Of a stretch of DNA of 64,000 bases, positions 35,451 through 49,531 are shown piece by piece; positions within the stretch are counted from its first letter, which is position 1; the number at the start of each line of letters is the position of its first letter. The DNA comes from Dendrobates tinctorius (lineage: Eukaryota). Under the pieces are notes generated by a model, which saw nothing but the letters and a program-made list of their open reading frames with translations, had not been told where the DNA came from and made no database searches. A program made the translations under genes and the position numbers. The stretch lies in contig NW_027362017.1 of assembly GCF_039654945.1 (NCBI RefSeq), forward strand, positions 1,798,001-1,862,000, in the 5' to 3' direction.

Positions 35451-36954
35451 TGCTGGCAGCCTGGCACTTTACATTTACAATGGCTCTGGCTGCACTTTGC
35501 ACCTTAGGGAGGGGGGCCCGGCTGCACGCACTGTGGAGGGTGGAGGAGGGGGCCCTGCATACACTGCAGGTGTGTGTGTGTGTGTATATATATTTTTATA
35601 TATATATATATATCCAACAATGTAGACCAGCTCACTCCTGTGAACCACCTGGGACCTCAGCTGACCTGGTTAACTCTGTTGTGCCCGGATCTGGATGTAG
35701 GAGTCCATCCATACAAATGTGAACAACGACAGAGCAAAGTCCAGCAATAACGTGAGCAATCCAGGATGCTGTTAAAAAAATTTTTTCTTTCTTTTTATTC
35801 ACAAATCCATTAAAATACAATGGTCCAAGCAGATCAAAGCATATATATATATATACACACCACTGAGCCACCAATGATTTATTCTGCCTTGCTAAATGTT
35901 TGTGATATATATTGACAATCAGTTACTTGTTGGCCAATAGCTGATAGCCCATTTTGGCATTTCTTATGCTCACAGGATGATCAGTATAGATTGTTTTGTG
36001 TGCATAGATTATTATTGTTCTCAGCAGCACATACATGCTGAGAACTGAAAAAAATCAAAGACTAGCTATAAAATTAATTGTTTGACCTATAACATGCATG
36101 CCTGGAGTTAAGAGCACCTGTTGATTTTTTTTTTTTTTTTTTTTGGGGGGGGCCCATTCAGACTTTTGCTATGGGACCCCATGATTTCTATGAACACCCC
36201 TGCTGAAGGTGTAGATGCCCGAGTCTCGTTCCTTACTATGCTCCTAAGCAGCACTAGTCTGAAATGCATAAGGAGAAATGCAAAACAAGACAGACAGGGC
36301 AGAACTGAATCAGTCAGATAACACTCTTTCAGGGAAATACACAAAGGGACATAAAATATAAAGCCCAAGAGGCAACAAAGTAATGTAAAGACTCTAGGCA
36401 AAAAGGAAAGGGTTAGCCCAACACCTCTCACAACTTTGGCACTAACAAGTACACCAGAACGCATGGGCAGACATACCGCCAGTTCAAACGGTGTGACTGC
36501 ACCGGGGCCCAGAGCCTCCAGGGGACCCTGCAGGGCGGCTAATGATGAGGTAAATCTGGCCGGTTTCTCTGGGCCCGAGGCTTCGGGGGCCCCTGGCCAG
36601 ATTGCCCTCATGTGGCGGGCAGGGAGCGATCCAAGCAGCTCCGCTGCCTGCAAGAGAAAATAGCAGCAGAGCTGCAAGGATCCTTCCTGCCCGGCACCAG
36701 CGCTTCCTGTCTCTGACACAGAGAGGAGCGCCGCTGAATGACGTCATCTTTCAGTGGCCGCTGCTGTGCCAGAACGAGGAAGCACGGGCGATGCTGCGGA
36801 CAGGTGAGAGGTGCTGGTGTGTGTTTGTGTGACAGGTGAGAGATGCTGCTGTGTGTGTGTATGTCTGTGTGTGAGAGGTGCTGTGTGTGTGTGTGTATCT
36901 GTATGTATGTGTGTATGTCTGTGTGTGTGTGTGTAGACGAAGCCTGGCCTTGGA

Positions 36955-37910
36955 GGAGAAGGCAATGATATGATGGGGAGAAGGCCATGATGGGGTGATT
37001 GGAGAAGGCCATGATAGGGTGATAGGGAGAAGGCCATGAAGGGGTGATGGGGAGAAGGCCATGATGGGGTGATAGGGAGAAGGCCATGATGGGGTGATGG
37101 GGTGAAGGCCATGATGGGGTGATGGGAGAAGGCCATGATGGGATGATAGGGAGAACGCCATGATGGGGTGATGAGGAGAACGCCATGATGGGGTGATGGG
37201 GAGAAGGCCATGATAGGGTGATGGGGAGAAGACCATGATGGGGTGAAGGGGAGAAGGCCATGATGGGGTGATGGGAGAAGGCCATGATGGGGTGATGGGG
37301 TGAAGGCCATGATGGGGTGATGGGGAGAAGACCATGATGGGGTGATGGGAGAAGGCCATGATGGGGTGATGGGAGAAGGCCATGATGGGGTGATGGGAGA
37401 AAGCCATGATGGGTGGTAGGGAGAACGCCATGATGGGGTGATGGGAAGAAGGCCATGATGGGATGATGGGGAGAAGACCATGATGGGGTGATGGGGAGAA
37501 GGCCATGAAGGGGTGATGGGAGAAGGCCATGATGGGGTTATGTGGAGAAGGTCATGATTGGGGTGATAGGGAGAAGGCAATGATGGGAGTGATGGGGTGA
37601 TGGAGAAGGCAATAATGGGAGTGATGGGAGAATGCAATGATGGGAGTGATGGGGAGAAGGCAAAGATGGGGGTGACGGAGAGGGCAATGATGGGGTGGTG
37701 GGGGAAAAAGAAATGATGATGGGGTGGTGGGGGAGAATGCAATGATGGTGGTGGTGGAAAGGGCAATAATGGGGGGTGGTGGAGGAGGAAATGATGGAGG
37801 TGGTGGAATGGGCAATGATGTAGGTGGTGGGGGAGAAAGCAAAGATAGTGGTGGGGGAGAAGAAAATGATGGAGGTGTGAAGAGGGCAATGATGGGGTGG
37901 GGGAGAGGAC
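36955..37910. repeat. Purine-rich 24-25-bp minisatellite ATGATGGGGTGATGGGGAGAAGGCC, decaying rightwards
   Basis: Directly visible; source of the H/P-rich minus-strand ORFs. Confidence 0.95.
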
Positions 37911-38115
37911 AATAATGGGATGCGAGGGGAGGAGGAAAATGAGGGGTGTGTGGTATTGGGATGGGAGGAAGGGGGACTTATAATGGCCTTAGGAACAGGG
38001 GGAGGTGGAGGAAGACATCATTATTATTGCTTATCACAGTCCCTTAGTATATAGTGTACTCACTATTTCTGTATAACACCATCCTTAGCTACATAGTTTA
38101 CTCTTTTATTATGTA

Positions 38116-38400
38116 CAGTTAGGTCCATATATATTTGGACAGAGACAACATTTTTCTAATTTTGGTTCTAGACATTACCACAATGAATTTTAAACAAAAC
38201 AATTCAGATGCAGTTGAAGCTCAGACTTTCAGCTTTCATTTGAGGGTATCCACATTAAAATTGGATGAAGGGTTTAGGGGTTTCAGCTCCTCAACATGTG
38301 CCACCCTGTTTTTAAAGAGACCAAAAGCAATTGGACAGATTAAATAGCTGTAAATAAAATGTTCATTTCTAGTACTTGGTTGAAAACCCTTTGTTGGCAT
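38116..38400 (-). mobile_element. Tc1 terminal fragment (TIR plus the last transposase codons)
   Basis: TA|CAGTTAGGTCCATATATATTTGGACAG start; minus strand near 38370-38398 encodes ..KGFSTKY*. Confidence 0.7.
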
Positions 38401-38904
38401 GTACCTTTGATGCCATGAAAGGAGGGGGGCCCAGACACATTTCTTGTCTTGCACGGGGGCCTCAAGCTGTCAGTGTCCGCCCCTGCCAGAACATGTCCAC
38501 CTCTCCTAAACTAGTATAAAGAAAACTATTTCTGGCATCCCCTGATCAATGGAGCCAGCTTAGATAGGTAAAGAGCAGGCATAACTGATTCTCCTACATC
38601 ATGTGACCGCAAGCAATCAACAAGCTAAGTGTAGCGCCGACGTCCCTATACACTGCCCCCCAACTTCCGCTGACAGGTAGGAATTTATGCACAGGAGCAG
38701 CATAGGGTGATCAGTTACACATTTGTTTGTGTCTAATTTTATATATATATTTAATTGTGTGGTTTCATTAAGCCATAATGCCAGTGTAGGCATGTTTTTT
38801 TTTTTTAATTTGAATTAAAGTTTATAATTTTAATATTTTATGTCTTTGTATGATTCCTGACTTTTCGAGACCTTATAAACACTGTTCTAAAAAATATTTC
38901 CTCT

Positions 38905-39720
38905 CCGCACCTGCCAGTACTTATCTGAATATCAGCCAGTCGAGCCCACCTCTGCCAGTGCTCATCTGCATACCAGCTGCTCCAGCCCACCCCTGCCAGT
39001 GCTCATCTGCATACCAGCTGCTCCAGCCCACCCCTGCCAGTGCTCATCTGCATTACCAGCTGCTCCAGCCCACCCCTGCCAGTGCTCATCTGCATTACCA
39101 GCTGCTCCAGCCCACCCCTGCCAGTGCTCATTTTCATACCAGTCGGTCCAGCCTGCCCCTGCCAGTGCTCATCTGCATTACCAGCCGCTCCAGCCCACAC
39201 CTGCCAGTGCTTATCTGTATACTACCCAGTCCACTCCGCACCTGCCAGTGCTCATCTATACACAAGCTGTACCACCCTGCACCGGCTTTGCTTATCTGCA
39301 TATCTGCCATACCAATCACCATCAGTGGTCTAAGCCTAACCCTACCATCAGGGGCTCTAGTGAAAAGTCAGGTGTCCACCTAGCCAAGTCCCTCCAGGCT
39401 CTTCTCAGACTGCGGCACAATGATTCCAGTTACAGTTTGCTTAGGACATGGAATCCGTACCCGTTAGCATCCGTGGTCCCTGTGTTCCTGCTGTACCTGC
39501 CTGTATCTGCTGCATCCTCCTACTGGGCCGTTCCAGCTTCCTGTCACCTGGTGGTCAGCTCCCATGAGTCTGAGGTTTGTCCTATAGTAGCACCTGTTTC
39601 TCTGGAGCCAAGCCTAACCCCACTATCAGGGACTCTAGTGAAAAGTCAGCTGCTCACCTAGTCATGCCCTTCCAGGCTCTCCTCAGGCTGTGGCATAATG
39701 GTTCCACCACCCCATTACAC
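38905..39720 (+). repeat. 41-42-bp tandem repeat (CCTGCCAGTGCTCATCTGCATTACCAGCTGCTCCAGCCCACC) followed by a duplicated LTR-like tail
   Basis: About 8 units at 38905-39310; about 39330-39425 is repeated at about 39610-39705. Confidence 0.75.
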
Positions 39721-40149
39721 TAAGTTCAGCAAAGATTTAACTCCTTCTAGCCTGCCTAGGAGCTGCAGCTCTAGAAGTCGAAGCCCGAGTCACTCTGTGC
39801 TGACCATAACTATCTATGGAGTCACAAGGAGAATGATATGCACCCGTGGAATCCACAGACCCTGATGCCTCCATGACAGTTGGAGATTGTGAGGATCTGA
39901 GGTTGTGGGTTGTAATAATCACCTAGGCAGGTTAACGATGCAGCTCGCTTTATTTCTTCCGTCCACGGTTATACAGCAAATCCTGGAAGATGGCCAAAAT
40001 ACAATGTCCTCAGTCCACAAGTTCCCAATCTGAGATCAGTAGTTCCACAGTCCCCGTACCAGGCGATACCCACTGTCTCCCAACTTTTGGTAGGTCCACA
40101 GGTTTTGGTATCTCCAGCCGGTATATTATGGAGTCACAGCCTATGTTCG

Positions 40150-41200
40150 TCCGGACAATGGATATCATGACTGTAGTTCATGGATACCCCTCCAGCCAAC
40201 AACAAACCAAAATTCACCAGGAGCAATTCACTGCTGTGGGATTGGACCGAGCGGGTCAAAGGAATGCTGAGAATGCACCCCATCACACCCTCTATGCAGG
40301 CAGAGATTGCTGTGATGGCCCTGGATGAGGAGGCCAGATGTCCTGTGATGTTTCGGCCCCCCCACGAGTGGAACACCTTTACCAAGCTTCTGAAAATTCT
40401 AGAGGAGATGCTTAGGGACCACACGGATATTGGGGAATTGCGCATGCTCCTGTTCAGCCAAGTAAAGAGTGAGGGGGATTCCGTAACCCAATATATGAAT
40501 GCCCTGCATGATATTCATGCAGCAATCACTAAGCGGGATGATGTAGGTGTGGGGCCTCCTGACATGATATTAACAGACTAACTGCTAGCCAGTCTTAGAA
40601 GCCCATTGCTTATTCAGGCCCTGCGAAAGTGATTGCGGTTTAATCCCCGCATGTCCTTCCTAGAAATTGGGACGGAAGCGCGCACGTGAACAAGAGCAGG
40701 GGACAGCAGCCTCGGCAGGGAAGGTCCAGAATGGGAAGGTAGCTGAAGCTGAACCAGGATGGGTCAGAGAGATCTGAATGGAGATACAAGGAATGCAGGA
40801 AGAGTGGTCTGACTTCAGAAGAACCCCTCCAGTGGCCCCGGATCCTCCCAGGGGCAGGACTAACCACCCCGAGCCCCACTTGCCTTCTACATTTCGCCAG
40901 GATACGAGACAACCCAAGACAGAGAGACAGGCGATTTGCTTCAGTTGTGGAGACACTGGACACTAAGCCCGAGGGTGCGCAAAGCGTGGAAGGCCGCTCA
41001 CTCGGCAGCCGTTAAACTAGTGGCTCCGAGGGGGGGCGACGCCCGAAGCCTGAACAGCCAAGAAGGAGAGAAGGTAGTCCCAAAAGTTTAGTTTCCTTGA
41101 GCCCTCTCATATGGGCCGAAATAGAAAGCCGAGCCGTACGTTGCCTAGTTGACACAGGTTCCCAGGTCACGACCATGCCTGAGGCGTACTTCAGACACAG
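40150..41200 (+). pseudogene. Gypsy gag-protease relic (PNMA-like gag), related to the 51291-52045 gag
   Basis: ORF 40180-40581 aligns by eye with ORF 51339-52082. CFSCGDTGH knuckle, GTTAAACTAG junction, CLVDTGSQVTTMP protease. Confidence 0.8.
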
Positions 41201-42585
41201 CAAACACAGCAAGTAAATATCTAATAAAACACAACAATATTGATGCAACTGGTGCTCCGTGCTGGAAAAGTCTGCATCCTGTAGAGCCGTGGACTCCACT
41301 CTATGGGCAGTCGTCCAATAGTCTTTATTCCATTGCCAGTTCCTCACAAAGATGTTTGAGAAAACCTCCTTGTGACAGGCAGTTTCTAGTGTCTCACAAT
41401 AAGGATGGTGAGCTTGTTATTTTTGTGAACCTGCCGCGTCTGATAGTGATAGTGACCTCTGGTTTAGTTCCACAGTGTTTGCTTTCTAATATTTTCTCCG
41501 ATGGGTAGTGAGCTATGTATCTGGCATCCAGAGATGTTATTCTCCAGCCACTTACCATTAAATGGCTTTTAGGTGCTTGATGATTTTGTTGCAGATTGCA
41601 ACTTTCAGCAGAATCATCAACGGTCTGATATTGTGGGAGAAGAGTGTTTCACTTGAGACATACAGTATAGCAGCTTTTGTCAGCACCACCAAGCAGTGCT
41701 GTCCTCTCTGTGGATGACTTCGCCCGTCACCTGCTGCAGAATTTCACTTTCAGCAGAATCATTTAGCACTCAGACATTGTGCTCTCTTCCTGTAATCTTT
41801 CCTGTAGAAGATAATAGCTGCTGCTACATGTGAACAAAATTTTCCCCAAAAACTCTGATTCAAACGAATCCAATATATGGAGATTCAATTTGATGAATTC
41901 AGCAAAATAGAGGCCAGATACTGGCAGAATGAGAGTCTGTCACCTAACAGGTCCTCTATTCCACATAATCAGGAGGAGGCTGGCATCTTGCCACCGTTTT
42001 CTTCTTTATCCGCAAGTGTTTGATGGAGATAACTAAACTAAACCTTGAGGAGCTTCATCGATAACATATACTGTGTAATTTAGAATAATATTTTTCTTGG
42101 GGGGAGGTTACGTGGTGACATCTAGGCCACCGCAGTGACAGAAGCTTTTCACTCTCGCAGCTTGGTTTGAATCCCAGCCCGATGTGATGATAAATTTCAA
42201 ATTATGATAGTTGTAATAAGCTGGTAATTTATATCCTTAACATTTTTGCTGACAATCTTGTAAGACTTTCTGATTAAAGGGAAAAAGTATTTACTTTCCT
42301 CGGCATAATAGTAGGAAGTGATCACTCCCAACCACTTCCTGCACCCTCTCATCTCCAGGGAGCTGTGGATTTCTGACCTTTGTCACAGTAGTTTGGATCG
42401 GGAGGCTTCATGAAGAATGAGCAGTGGTGGATGGAGTTTCATCAGTTATTAGTCCTGACAAGCATTGCCATTTGTCAGTGGAGGGGCCATGTTAGAGATT
42501 GTCATTGGGGCCAAGGATTGAACTTACCGTATATTATTACTCCAGTCTTGTATAGCAGAGAACCCTTCACAACATATGACACATA

Positions 42586-42829
42586 CAGTGGGGGAAAAAA
42601 AGTAAATAGTCAGCCACCAATTGTGCAAGTTCTCCCACTTAAAAAGATGAGAGAGGCCTGTAATTGACATCATATGTAGACCACAACTATGAGAGTCACA
42701 ATGAGGAAACAAATCCAGAAAATCACCTTGTCTGATTTGGCAAGATTTAGTTTTCAATTTATGGTGGAAAATAAGTATTTGGTGACCTAAAAACATGCAA
42801 GATTTCTGGCTCTCACAGACCGGTAACTT
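42586..42829 (+). mobile_element. Terminal fragment (TIR + start of 5' UTR) of a Tc1 related to the 18266-19871 element
   Basis: TA|CAGTGGGGGAAAAAAAGTA...AATAAGTATTTGGT...AAGATTTCTGGCTCTCACAGACC is colinear with the reverse complement of about 19630-19871. Confidence 0.85.
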
Positions 42830-44570
42830 ATTTGGTGTCGCTGTGTACAGGAACGCCTGATCTATCAAAATATGACAAGAATTAATCTGATTGGTCAATG
42901 GTGTAACAAGAAAAAAACCTCCAGAATTATGTTTTTTTGGTCGCCACAACATTGCAATAAAATGCGATAACAGGTGATCAAAAGATCGATTCTACCTCAA
43001 AATAAATTTAATTTATTTGTTTATAGTGTAGGCGCCTGAATCCTCACATCAGCCATGCCGGCTCTCACTGTTATTAGCAGCAGCAGGCATAGACTGATGG
43101 GAGTAGTACTCTCTCATCAGTCGACGCCTCTGAACTTTTTACTTCTGGTCACAGCTGCTGGCTCACCCTGTCATCTGACGGGAACCGCAGCTCTCTGACC
43201 GGCTGTAATAATCTTACCGCTGATCCGAGGAAGTGTTTGCCTCGCTGTCATGCATCTGAATGGGGTGTGAGTTCGGGTTCGGGTACTATTCTGTTTTAAA
43301 TGTTTTGCCAAACTGGCCGGACCTGAACATCTAGGGGTTTGCCCATCATTAATCTACAGTATACATATTTGGCATCTACGAATTCATAATGAATTGGAGA
43401 ATCATAATGGCAGGTGAGTTTTAGCATTTATTGAACATGGTAAAAAAAAAAGTAATAATAATTGTTGGATTGCACTTTGTGATTTCATCGCACTTGGAAT
43501 TTTTTTCCCATTTTCCAGTACATTATGTGGTTAAATCAGTGTTGTTGCTCAAAAGTACAACTCATCCCAGAAAAAAAACAAGCCCTAACATAGACATTTT
43601 GATGGAAAAATAAAAAATGTATGGCTTTGGGAAGAAGGGGAGTGAAAATCGAAAACAAAATAATGGAAAAAGTCCCGGTGATGAAAGATAGAAATGGACT
43701 GACCCCGGGATGGCCGGGTTCGGTGGGTTTGGCGAACAGTTAAAAAAAGGTTGGTTTGGGTACCAGAACAGAACTTGAGCCCAAACCCGAACCCCATTCA
43801 TTTGAATGGGAGGGGTAAGAACATCCGTTGCTTGACTACTACTCCCATCAGCTGCCGCCTGCTGCTGCTAATAACGGCGAGAGGGTGCAAATGATGGGAG
43901 TATTCTTCAACCAGTGCCCGAGCTCTAAATAAATAATTTAAAAAAAACTGGCTAGGGGTTCCCCTGTATTTTTGATAACCTGCCAGGAAAAACTGACAGT
44001 TGCATGCTGCAACCCTCAGCTGTCAGCTTCAACCAGGTTGGTTATCAAGAATAGAGGGGTCTCAATGCTGTTTTTTTAAATTATTTAAATAATTTTAAAA
44101 AAACGTCATGGGGTCCCCCCCATTTTTGACAACCAGCCTTGCCAGCCAGAATCAACGAAGTGGGTACTGCCATCATTTGTGATTAAGTTAGTTGGCCTTC
44201 TTACCACTCCCTTTATCCTCTGTCTCAGAGGAGGAGTCATTCCCCCTCTGTAAAGACACAGAGCATTCCCACATTTTTTTCTTTGTATGGTCCTAGTCTC
44301 CAGACTCTGGGTCAGTCCCTCCCCCCAAGAACCCTGCATCCCCAGAAGAAGGAGACTCAGAACACCCTGCAAGCCCAATCAAAGCCGGAATCTCATCCTC
44401 AGGTTCCTCAGAAGAAGAGATGTTCTCAAGGACTTGGAACCGGTTAGAAAGACCAACCCGATGGAAATCAGTTTTACCTTCCTTAGGTACCTTGGTCAGA
44501 GCTGGAGAAGATGTTTTATCTTCTTTCTTCTCTTTTTGGCGCCGAGCTTACACTTGTCCTCTAGCCACTG

Positions 44571-45452
44571 TGTCAGGAACACCACACTGCACTTGCTCAC
44601 TGAGCCAGTGCGCGTGTCCTGAGTACAAAAGATACCTGTGGAGCGGGGCAGCAGCGGTGAAGATGCGTGCTTCAGGCTAAGGCCTGTTTCACACATCCGT
44701 TTTTTGTGTCCGCCAAACTGATCCGTTTCCGTTTTTTGCCACAAACGGATGCTACCGGATCCGTTTTTTTGATGGATCCATGGTAGCCGCTAATGCAAGT
44801 CTATGGGGAAAAAAACCGGATCCGCCAAAAACATGACGATCCGTTTTTTAACGGAAAATGACGGATTTGGATGGATTTAAAAAAACGGAAGTGTGATCCA
44901 GGCCTAACAGGGCCTGAAGCACGTGACTGCTGGGGGCATGGCCTAAGCTCCACAGAGCTAGGAGCTGAAGGAAAATTCCTAGAGAGGTAACTATGGGACA
45001 AGTTACCAAGGAGCATAGGCAGAGACGTAAACCAGATTAAGCCGGGGTCAAAGCACGAGATAGCATGACAATACCAAAGGCTTAGACAGAATGGATAGTC
45101 AGGATGTAGCGATAGATCAGAAAACCAGAACGGGCAATAGATGGTACAATAGGGACAAACTGTAATGGAGTAACGATAGCCAAGCCAGGAGGTCAGAACC
45201 GGAGAAGACAATAGTACCAAAATGGGAGACAGAGAACAGTGTGAGGGGACAGACCGAATCATACACGGGAAGCAAAGAAGCCAAGCAGTATACACGCACA
45301 CCAGGGGGGTCAGACACACAGCCAAAATAACAGTATAGCTGACAGGGAATCCTAATCTGGAGTGAGTATAAATACCCCTCCCAGATCCAAAGAGAGGCCG
45401 GCAAAAGTTAACCCTTCGAGAACAGGACATTAACCATGTCCTAACCATGACA
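44571..45452 (-). mobile_element. Solo LTR related to the 23071-28435 family
   Basis: TGTCA...TGACA termini, TSD CACTG (44566-70 and 45453-57). 44571-44630 matches the reverse complement of the U5 end at 23780-23835. Confidence 0.9.
44681..44904. mobile_element. PIF/Harbinger-type palindromic MITE nested in the solo LTR
   Basis: TIRs GGCCTGTTTCACAC...GTGTGATCCAGGCC; TAA duplication at 44678-80 and 44905-07. Confidence 0.85.
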
Positions 45453-45829
45453 CACTGCTTATTATCCTCATCCATTTTCTCCTCCCTGGTAAATCAGCAC
45501 CTCCCCCCTGCTAGTCCCCAGCAGAAATCGTGAAGTTTTACCATAAATGTCCAGACCCCTGACCAGATACCAGTCTGGTCGCTGTTTTGTTTGCATCTCT
45601 ACCACCTCTCCAGACCAGCCAAGTCACGTCATCATGTCATAACATGAAAGCTACTTGTTACAAGTCATCACGGTTACTTTCTTAACTTTGTTTTGGCTAA
45701 TTTTTTGCTAACTCATAATTCAACCAGGAGAGTTAACGCCCCTCTGGCAGGACAAATCTGACATCAAACTCAGGCATGGAATAGGGATGTATGAAGGCGT
45801 AGATGTCAATTGCCTTGAAGCAAATCCTC

Positions 45830-48800
45830 AGTCTCCACTCCCTCTTAACACGTTTGCCATGTTTGGCAGCCTGGTCTCCTGCAAAAAGTAAATCTCAGCT
45901 TCAACACGGCTGACAAAATCAAAGGCCGCAAATCTAGCTGTATTTGACTTTATGCTGGCGTCATTAATGGATGCCAGAGTCAACCGAGTGGGTACCGCCA
46001 TCAATGGTGATTGAGTTAAATGGCTTTCTTCTTCCTACTCCCCTTACCCTCTGCCTCAGAGGAGGAATCCTTCCCCCGTTTTAATGACACAGAGGTGTTC
46101 ATTCCCACAACCTTTTTCTTTTTATCATCCTCGTCTCCGGACTCTGGGCCAGTCCCTCCCTCCAAGGACCTTACATTCCCAGAAAAAAGAAGACTCGGCA
46201 CCCTCTGTAAGCGCCGCCGAAGCCGGAACCTCACCCTCAGCTTCTTCCTCAGAGGAAGAGATGTTCTCAGGGGCTTGGAATCGGTTAGAAAGACCAACCA
46301 GAGGGGAGTCAGTTTTTATCCCCTCTGATGTTTTTTCTCCCTTCTTTCTCTTCTTTTTGGTGCCGAGCTTACGCTGGTCCTCTTGCCACTGCCTATTATC
46401 TTCATCCATACTTTCATAATGGGAGGATTCGGAGGCAGTGGCACTTTCCTCCCTGTGGATCCTCCTGACCTCCTCACCCAGCAAGACTGGTGTCCAGGAC
46501 ATGGGTCCACCTCAGTAGCCCGGGAGCTCGCCCAGTTCCCTCTCCTGTCTGCACCTGTCTAGATGCCTCAGCTGGGCAGGCGTCTTTTTATTGCTTTTCC
46601 TCCTTGGCCCCTCACCCCTGCTAGTCCCTTCCCCAGCAGAATCAGCCTTATGGCTTTCTCCCACCGGAATCATGACTGCATTAGCGAAGGAGGGAGGACA
46701 ATGGCTGAATGGGTGACCTAAGTCACCACACAGGTGGCACCTAATCTTCACACAAGATGCAGCAAGATGGCCGACATCCCCACACAATGCACACTTCTGC
46801 ACAGTGCAGTTTGCACTGAAGTGTGTGGGGTCACCACACCTGTGACAGAGCTTCATGTGCCCCTGGTAGAAGACCTGGATACGACCCCTACCCAGGAAGG
46901 CAAATAATGGAATGTGGGCAACCGTACCACCTGAACGCTTAAGTTTTACCATAAACATCCAGGCAACCTGACCAAATACCAAACTCGTCACGGTTCTTCT
47001 TCGGCATCTCCACCACCTTTCCATATCGGCCAAGCCACATCATAATGTCATAACAAGAAAGCGACTTGTTACAAGTCATCATGGTCACTTTCTTGACTTG
47101 GTTTTGGCGAGATACCGCCTGAATGGCAAAGTCTCGCCAGCCGGGATCATTTTTTGCCAACTCATAATTCGACCAGAAGAGCTCAAGCCCCTCTGGCTGA
47201 ACAAAGCTGACATCAAACTCAGGCATGGAATAGGGATGTATCAAGGCATAGATATCAATTGCCTTGAAGCCCATCCTAAGCAAGAGCTCCACAAACTTAG
47301 ACCTTGGAAGACATGCATCACTGCCCTTCCACCGAAGACGGATCACATTCCTACGCACACTACCCGGCCCAGCTGTTGGGAGGGACCACACTGCATTCCC
47401 ACCGTTTTGCTCTCGGAAGGCCCCAAGGCCATGCCTCTCTATCCAGAAGGATAGATCAACCTCTCGACCCTCTACCATTAGTGATCTCTCCCCCTTCTTT
47501 AGAGCCTCCAGGAGACGCCACTGCAACATGCCGTCCCAAGAGCCCGGAGACGAGGAGGACGCCCTATTTCCCCCGGAGGTGACAGCGGCATAACTACTAA
47601 CGGGTGCTGCCAACACCGGGAAGGGCAACCGGACCAGTGACCACATCAACACCAACAGTACCATTTTTACCCACCGCCATAATCCCCTCACCATCCACCA
47701 AACCAGCAACCACACCACTAGAGAAAGAATTTTCCTCATTCATAACCCCCACCACATTCACTCCTGCTGGACCAGTGACAACAGGGAGTGACATTTTGAC
47801 CTCTGCATCATCAGTCACAAGGGGCTCAGTCTCTTCCACAGAACTGGAGGCGACCTCACCTCTGGTCTTATGCATGCCCTCCGCATCATCAGCTGGTAAT
47901 TTCCGCTGTTTAACAATTGACATCAGATGCCACTGATCTTTTGCTGCTGTGAGGTGCCACTGATCCTTTATATCAGTATCTTGTTGACCATTGGCACCAA
48001 CACAGAATAGGACTTTGGGAGGATTGGAACACCCAGCTCCGACAACCCCCTCACACTGGTGCCACTTCTCAACAGTATTCAGGGGCCCTGAGGCTGCCGG
48101 AGCTGCCCCGACATTGGTTCACTCCCCCCTCCCACTGAGGAGCGTACCACAGTATCGTGGCCTGAACGTTCGGCCACCGCTGGGCCGCCCTCACTGTCCA
48201 GCCTCTCGGCTGATGCACCTCCTGCTATGTCCATGCTACTACAAGCAGAGACGGAGATCTGCGTCTGACTACCATGCTCTGTACTCTCCCCGCACCTTTG
48301 CACCGGTTCCACAGCAGAACCTGGGCTGGTTAATGGGGCTTATACAGCGAGCTGACCCTTCAGCCAACTCAGTGGGTACACGTAGCTTACGGCTTCCTGC
48401 AGTTTTGGCTTGGTCTTGTTTGCCTTTTTCTTCTGGCCCCCAGGTGCCTCCTCTGGTAAATTGTCACCAAAATGGAAATTCTGAAGGCACACTGGGGACT
48501 CCAGGAGCTTGATCTCCACCATTAGCGCCCCTCCCTGGCCGCTGGTTTCACTGTCCTCCCCAGAGCCAGCAGAACAGCGACCAGATGTCAATGTCACCTG
48601 TTCAGCAGGGAGCTTGCAGCATGTGGCCTGCGGGTGACTTTGCAGGCTGCCAGGTGGGGCTTTCTGCCGGTCATTATCCTCATCATCCACCTGGCTTTCA
48701 GGCTGCAGCCCCATCTGCCTTTGCTCTCTGTTATCAGCGATTTCTCTAAACCTGTCTTCATATATTAGTTTTTCCTTAAAGGGACCACTCTTCTCTCTTA

Positions 48801-49531
48801 TGAAGGCTTTCCTCACCTTCAGCTCATTTATTTCATGTCTCAGTCTATTTACCTCTGCCTGGAGTTGGGTCTTCCTGGGTTTGGAGGAACCTGCAGCTTT
48901 GGCGCTTGTAACACAAAAAGAAAACAAAGAATGACAAATGTGCAGAAATACCCTGCAGTAACAAATGTGACAGTAATCAGCAAGTGCTGGTAAAAAGATG
49001 GCAACAAATACAGGGTATTTAGTCGATACTTTTTTTGCAAAAAAACGTATACCAAGCTACTCCACCCCGTCAAGGTAACCCTTAATGGAGCAGTCCCTAT
49101 CTAATGTATTTAAAACCTGATCATATGAACAGTGTCTAAACTAACAGAATCCAGACAGGCGCTTCCTAGTATGGGCACGTGGTGTAAGACAGTTCTTTAT
49201 GTGCATGCCACACAAGAGAGGGGTGGGGTCTCTCAAACCATGCATAAGCAAGGAAAAAAACGGATTAAAAACATGTGACATGCACAAATGTGAACAAGTT
49301 GACTTGTTCACATTTGTGCATGACAGCTTTGGTGCATGTGCAGCGTAGCTCCTCCCGGAGCCTCCTGATGGTCTTAATCGCCTCTTCATACTCACGGAGG
49401 TGGCTCATGACCCGGGAGGCATAGGTGAACACAGACTCCTTGGGTTTCTGCAGCCCCCAACTTTCCTCAGTGAGGTCGGCCTTAACTCCGTGAGGACTCA
49501 GCTTTCCTCCAGAAGGACCGCCATCTTGCAT
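45830..49531 (-). mobile_element. L1/Tx1-clade LINE relic: long frameshifted ORF1 with three CCHC knuckles and the start of ORF2
   Basis: ORF1 pieces 49531-49340, 48927-48340, 47739-46939, 47033-46512 (CHRCGDPTHFSANC, CALCGDVGHLAASC, CHLCGDLGHPFSHC), stop at 46016. ORF2 ATG at 46001 reads MAVPTRLTLASINDASIK...AEIYFLQETR (AP-endonuclease N-terminus), then is truncated. Confidence 0.85.

Larger units (their letters stand above)
36462..38485. mobile_element. Non-autonomous hAT-type element carrying internal micro/minisatellites
   Basis: Imperfect TIRs CATGGGCAGACA...TGTCCGCCCCTG; 8-bp TSD CCAGAACG/CCAGAACA. Confidence 0.7.
44190..45830 (-). mobile_element. Deleted second copy of Tx1-like ORF1 3' region, interrupted by a solo LTR
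   Basis: 44190-44570 and 45458-45480 parallel 46020-46410; about 45620-45830 parallels pieces of 47030-47290. Confidence 0.75.

Noticed and set aside
36608-37912. His/Pro-rich minus-strand ORFs up to 381 aa
   Set aside because: Minisatellite translation, open in all frames.
42830-44160. Mosaic of DNA-transposon/MITE fragments
   Set aside because: Clearly repetitive in character, but I could not fix boundaries, TIR pairs or TSDs.
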